A DNA stretch of 64,000 bases from the human T2T-CHM13v2.0 reference genome, Homo sapiens. Location of the stretch: the NCBI RefSeq assembly GCF_009914755.1, contig NC_060935.1. One strand, 5' to 3'. Shown piece after piece: positions 57,001-64,000 of this stretch (within the stretch, counting starts at the first letter, position 1; each line of letters begins with the position of its first letter). The translations under genes were made by a program, and so were the position numbers. The notes under the pieces are model-generated. The model ran no database searches and was not told the origin of the DNA. It was given only the letters and a program-made list of their open reading frames with translations.

Positions 57001-57854
57001 AGCTTTTTCTTCCTTAATGGTACTTTCTACTTATGTAAATATGATATTTGCCTCGTTTGGGTTACTGTGAGAGCTACATGCAGTACCATATACACGTCAC
57101 TTAGCACGTGAGTGTCCTTGCCTTCTTTTTTCACACTCAATCCCAGGAAGCATAGTCATCCTTATTGTTGACTCATCTGCTTTCCTTCTCTTAACTATTC
57201 TTCCTTTTTTATTTTAATTTTATTTAGTTTTGTTAGTCTCTTTTGCAAGCCAGTGTAAATGAATTGAAAAAAAAAAGTAGTGTTGAAAGACACATTAGTT
57301 ATGACGACCACCAGTTGAAACCATCCAGAATAATAAAAATTAATAATAAATACCAACGTCTTGGGTGAGAGACCAAGCCCATACCCACATGTTCTTGTAC
57401 CAAGGAAAAATAAATGATGATTCTCTGTTGTTGAGGCAAATCCCAAGGACACTACTGAAAAAGTGGCTTGAAATAAAGGATTATTTTTCTGGCTGATAGT
57501 TGTGGATCACAGATAATCTAAACCTCTTTCTACTCAGCTGAGCATGATTAGGAGAGACTGCCTTATGTCATTTTAACTTACTCTCTATGATGTCTTTCCT
57601 ACATGCTTTAACTTCTTTGCTCTCTGAACAATTATTTTAAACTCCTGCTATTTAGTGGCTCAGTAGCTGCTGGAATGAGGATGAGCCAATTCTGCCCATT
57701 ATTAACAATGAATTTTTAAAAAGTTGTTTTCCACTTTGCCTTAGGTGCAGTTCTAGAATCTCTGTTTCCATAGTTTTTCCCTCGTGCTGTATTTCTGGAG
57801 CACCCTGCTGGTACCAGGTTGGCAGGGGCCACATAAAATGGAAGGGGGCAGAGA

Positions 57855-58100
57855 GATGTTTGTTTAGTGCTTACCCTGTATGCCAGACCCTTAATTGATA
57901 GCTGACACACATTATCTCATTTGATCCTATGATAACACTGTGAGCAGATATTATTATCTCCTTTTCACAAGTGAGGAAACAGTCTTAAAGTGGTTAAGTA
58001 ACATGTTCAGTATCACACAGTCAGTAAAAGCTAGATCTGTGATTTAAATGAAATCCAGCCTGGTTCCAAAGATCATAATTTTTTCATGAATACTTCCCAA
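57855..58100 (-). mobile_element. MIR
   Basis: attatctcatttgatcctatgataacactgtgag...tgaggaaac...ggttaagtaac. Confidence 0.75.
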
Positions 58101-58336
58101 AGTCCTCGTTCTATGTCATTTGTTAATTTATAACTTCCATCCATTCTTTCAGGGACTCAATCATTCATTCAATCAATCAGCAAACCCTTGTCCCTTGGTT
58201 GCTCTGTGTCAGGTCCTACCTACACTGAGCCCCTAAGATAGAAAGATGAGTAAGACTTGAGTCTCTCGCTTATATCCTAGTGGAGAATGCAGATAAGCCA
58301 ACAGTCACGCATCATAGGCCCAAATGCCTGCAGAGC

Positions 58337-58344
58337 TGTGTGTG

Positions 58345-58388
<44 letters not shown>

Positions 58389-58396
58389 CGCGCATG
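58337..58396. repeat. (TG)n microsatellite ending in alternating GC
   Basis: Direct reading. Confidence 0.92.
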
Positions 58397-58519
58397 CCCC
58401 CCCCCCACACATGCATTTGTACAAGCTAGCTGGGGCCTCTGAATTTTTTTCTCTGAGTAACATTAATATTTATTTGCCTGCTCAAATAAGTTAGCATTCC
58501 TATGTCCCTGTCCCTGCCA

Positions 58520-59440
<921 letters not shown>

Positions 59441-59528
59441 GGTGGATCATAAATTTATATGCCAATATGAAGAAAATAGGAACTGTTTATGCTTTTGTAC
59501 AAGTGTGCGTTGAAAAGTATGGTTAACT

Positions 59529-60994
59529 AATGGAACAGAACAGAGGCCTCAGAAATAACACCACATATCTACAACCATTGGATCTTCGACAAACCTGACA
59601 AAAACAAGCAATGGAGAAAGGATTCCCTATTTAATAGATTGTGCCGGGAAAACTGGCTAGCCATATGTAGAAAGCTGAAACTGGATCCCTTCCTTACACC
59701 TTACACAAAAATTAACTCAAGATGGATTAAAGACTTAAATGTAAGACCTAAAACCATAAAAACCCTAGAAGAAAACCTAGGCAATACCATTCAGGACATA
59801 GGCATGGACAAGGACTTCATGACTAAAACGCCAAAAGCAATGGCAACAAAGCCAAAAAACAAAAGCCTACTTGTTAATCACAACATGCCTTATTATAGAA
59901 CAAAACAGACTGACATTCTCATCTCCATACATTGTAGACTGCTTTTCCCACCCCTCACCTCTTTCTCTACCAGCTGCTGCTTCTCCAAATAAATGACATC
60001 TAATTAAACTAAAGAACTTCTGCACAGCAAAAGAAAGTATCATCAGAGTGAACAGGCAACCTACAGAATGGGAGAAAATTTTTGCAATCTATCCATCTGA
60101 CAAAGGGCTCATATCCAGAATCTACAAAGAACTTAAACGAGTTTACAAGATAAAAACAACCCCATCAAAAAGTGGGCAAAGGATATGAACAGACACTTCT
60201 CAAAAAAAGACATTTATGCAGCCAACAGACATATGAGAAAATGCTCATCATTACTGGTCATCAGAGAAATGCAAATCAAAACCACAATGAGATACCGTCT
60301 CACGCCAGTTAGAATGGCGATCATTAAAAAGTCAGGAAATAACAGACGCTGGAGAGGATGTGGAGAAACAGGAATGCTTTTACACTGTTGGTGGGAGTGT
60401 AAACTAGTTCAACCATTGTGGAAGACAGTGTGGTGATTCCTCAAGGGTCTAGAACTAGAAATACCATTTGACCCAGCAATCCTATTGCTGGCTATATACC
60501 CAAAGGTTTATAAATCATGCTACTGTAAAGACACATGCACACATATGCTTATTGCGACACTGTTCACAATAGCAAAGACTTGGAACCAACCCAAATGTCC
60601 ATCAATAATAGACTGGATAAAGAAAATGTGGCACATATACACTATGGAATACTATGCAGCCATAAAAAAGTATGAGTTCATGTCCTTTACAGGGACATGG
60701 ATGAAGCTGGAAACCATCATTCTCAGCAAAATATCACAAGGGCAGAAAACCAAACACCACATGTTCTCACTCATAAGTGGGAGTTGAACAATGAGAACAC
60801 ATGGACACCGGGAGGGGGAACATCACACACTGGGGCCTGTTGGGGGGTGGGGGGTTGGGGCAGGGATAGTGTTAGGAGAAATACCTAATGTAAATGATGA
60901 GTTGATGGGTGCAGCAAACCAACCTGGCACACGTATACTTATGTAACAAGGCTGCATGTTGTGCACATGTACCCTAGAACTTAAAGTATAATAA
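59529..60994 (+). mobile_element. L1PA (PA5/6-like), 5'-truncated, carrying a non-L1 internal insertion
   Basis: ORF2 3' part and 3'UTR to ccctagaacttaaagtataataa; 17-bp TSD gaaaagtatggttaact (59512-59528) / gaaaaatatggttaact (60995-61011). Confidence 0.95.
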
Positions 60995-61215
60995 GAAAAA
61001 TATGGTTAACTTTTTTCTTATTTTCTTTTCATAACGAAGTTGATTGACCTGCACTTGACATGTAAAGATGTATAAGAGTGCTGCTTGAAAATTTGGAGAA
61101 GCAGCAGCCAGTAGAGAAAGAGGTGAGGGGTGGGAAAGGCAGTCTACAATGTATGGAGATGAGAATGTCAGTCTGTTTTGTTCCATAATAAGGCATGTTG
61201 TGATTAACAAGTAGG
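59866..61215. repeat. 125-bp inverted repeat pair (59866-59990 and 61091-61215)
   Basis: Manual alignment gives 121/125 identity as reverse complements. Confidence 0.95.
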
Positions 61216-62894
61216 AAACAGAACACAAGCACACACATACTAATGAAACAGTGGAAAGATTTCTATCAAAAAAGCACATCCAGCAGAGAGAGTGACCATT
61301 GGGCAGATGGAAAGTTTCAACCTAGAGTTTGAAGAGGGACATAGGGGTGATTTGCTTGGTTGGTGTAGAAGTTCCACATAGGAGAAGGAGAGGTTGGTAA
61401 GGCCCTTGGTGAATGACTGGTTGCCAGTTGAGGAGTTTGCCATAGCTACCCTGGTTATTTGGACACGTGGCAGAATCCCAAACACCAGATCCCAAGAACA
61501 GTGTTCCCATTTGTGTTTTATCTTCACCGCTTTCTCTGCCTGGGCAGTATATAGTAGATTCCATTTTTGTTTCTAGATCAGCATTAGGGAAAATCTGTGA
61601 GCTGATAGAGGATGGCTTTATTTTGAGAGTGCAGAGGAAAAGTAATGGTGACACCCTGCAGTGAGCAAGTGTACCATCCTGGAAGTCTGGCTTGCTCGTT
61701 TCATACCATCCTGGAGTTCTGGTGAATAAGAAGGTGAAAAACTCTGCAGTTAAAAAAGAAAGAGAAAAAGAACACCCAAAACAAACCAACAAAAATCTTG
61801 TCTTTTGAGCTCCTTGGAGTAGGGCATTGAGTGTTTGCAGCCACCCTGTCATTAATTCCCTGCATGTATCTACAGCCTTTTCCAGACAGCCACATTTTTC
61901 CCCTGACAAAACATTTAATTCCCTGTGACATTTCTCCATCATTATAAATAGCTGGGAGTTTTTAATCATTTTTTAAGTGCCAAAGCTTTTTTTGCCCAGT
62001 GGGGCGATAGCAGTTTGAGCAAAGCCATTTGGATCCTAAAACAAATCGATTGGCAAGTATTACACTCGGCTCTTCAAAGGGAACTGCTGATTTTAGCATG
62101 TTGGGAAGTTTCACAAGGGTATACATTTTCATATTTTTCTCCTGTCAGTAGTTTCCATGGCACCAAAGTTTCTCTGTAGCATTTGACGCTCCAGAGCAGC
62201 TCCAGTTATCTCTAAGGGTGTCACAAAGTTTTGAAAAAAAATTATCAAAAACAAATTAGTTTCAATTCACTGTAATTACAGAGAAATACTAAGTCCTAGC
62301 AAGGAGTGTTACAGAGTCACCCAGTCAACACCTAGTGTGGCACCTGCTGGGACATACCTGTGTCATTTCTGAGCCAGGACACACCTGCGACTGCAGGTCT
62401 ATCACTGTCGAATCATCTGGAATGATGCTGTATTGACAGTGCCCTTATCTTCTATTGTTGTACTGATCCTGTATCCCTTCCTGTTGGTTGATCCTCTTTT
62501 ATGTACTGGTGAGTGATGTTCCTTATTTATAAAAGAGTGAGAAGATTAAACTTAGTGAATGTTGATTAGCATTCTCAGCACTGCTTTGAAAATACATATC
62601 ATAACGAACTCTTCTCAGCTATAATACGGCGCTCCAGAATCATAACTCTGGCCTCCATGCTATTGTAATTTTTGTGAGTATACTTTATTGCTCCCTAGCC
62701 CTGGGAGGAATGAAGATACTGAGCTTATTATTTTTTTTATGTTATAGAAACATCAACAAATAGTTTCAAAAATGTCCCCAGGAAGGTAGAAAAAGTAAAT
62801 GTTGAAAGAGGGTACAATAATGGACTCAGGACTTCGTTGGCTCTGGGCTGAAGTGGGCCCCACTTGGAGGGTTTGCTTGCTTGTTGGTTTTTGT

Positions 62895-64000
62895 TTCTTT
62901 CATGACTTTATTGACATATAATTTGTATATCATTAAATTCACCTGTTTAAAGTGTACAATTCAGTGGTTTTTAGTGTATGTGCAGAGTTGTACAACTATC
63001 ACCACGATCTAATTTTAAAATATTTTATCACCCCCAAACAAACCCCGTTATCTATTAGTCAGTCCCATTGCTCCTTCCTCCCAGTCCTACGCAATCTACC
63101 TTCTGTCTCTGTGGATTGGCCCATTCTGGACATTTTATATTTATGGAATCATATAGTATGTGGCCTTTTATGTGTAGCTTCTTTTACATGGCATGATGTT
63201 TTCCAGGTTTATCTTTATTTTAACAAATATCAGTACTTTACTCCTTTTTATTGCTGAATACTATGAATATAATGTGTCATCTTGTTTATTCATCAGGTGA
63301 TGAACATGTGAATTTTTTCCACTTTTTGGCTTTTGTGAATAATGCTGTGATGAATGTTCATGTACAAATTCTTGTGTGGACATACGTTTTTGGTTCTCTT
63401 AGGTATATACCTAGGAATGGAATTGCTGGATCATATGATAACTATGTTGAATCATTTGAGGAACTACCAAACTGTTTTGCAAAGAGGCTGCACCATTTTA
63501 GAATCTTGCCGGCAATGTATGAGGATTCTGATTTCTCCACATCCTTGTCAACACTTGTTATTGTGTCTTTTTTATTTCAACCATCTTAGTAGATGTGAAG
63601 TGTAGCTCATTTTGGTTTTGATTTGTATTTCCCTAATGGCTAATGATGTGGAACATCTTTTCATATGCGTAATGACTGTTTTTATGTCTTCTTTGGAGAA
63701 ATGTCTGTTCAAATCCTTTGGCCATTACAAAAATTGGATTATTTGTCTTTTCATTGCTTAACTGTAAGAGCTCTTTATATATTCTAGATACAAGCGTCTT
63801 ATCAGACATTTGGTTTGCAAATATTTTCTTCCATTCTGTGGGTTTTACTTTCTTGATAGTGCACTTGAAGGCAAAATGTTTTAAATTTTATGAAGTTCAA
63901 TTTATCTATTTTTTTTTCTTTTGTTGCTTGTACTTTTGGTGTCATATCTAAGGAACTGTTGCCTAATCTAAGGTCATGAGAATTTACTCCTATGTTTTCT
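62895..64000 (-). mobile_element. L1MB-type 3' end (runs off the window)
   Basis: ctttattgacatataattt...aagtgtacaattcagtggtttttag...ttggagaaatgtctgttcaaatcctttg. Confidence 0.88.

Noticed and set aside
61322-61969. 215-aa minus-strand ORF, the longest non-L1 ORF
   Set aside because: No recognisable domain, it runs through low-complexity T/A tracts, and there is no splice or promoter support; treated as chance.

Overview
Human genomic DNA (two AluYa5 copies, a human-specific subfamily). I recognise no intact protein-coding exon; the listed ORFs are repeat-derived (Alu, L1, LTR12, HERV-L, Hsmar2, simple repeats) or look like chance ORFs. The window reads like a long intron or intergenic stretch, possibly just 3' of a CpG-containing promoter near position 1 (inference; host gene not identified). 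It is rich in interspersed repeats: about 25 Alu copies, L1PA/L1M fragments, L2, MIR, L3, a complete solo LTR12C, THE1/MLT1/MLT2 LTRs, a HERV-L pol fragment, a full-length Hsmar2 mariner, a MADE1 MITE split by an Alu, MER2/MER3/MER5, and a decayed S100A11 processed pseudogene. I cannot support a new biological system here. The most unusual direct observation is a 125-bp inverted copy of downstream flanking DNA embedded inside a TSD-bounded L1PA (59866-59990 vs 61091-61215). Repeat subfamily names and all comparisons with consensus or orthologue sequences are from memory, and boundaries of old repeats are approximate.
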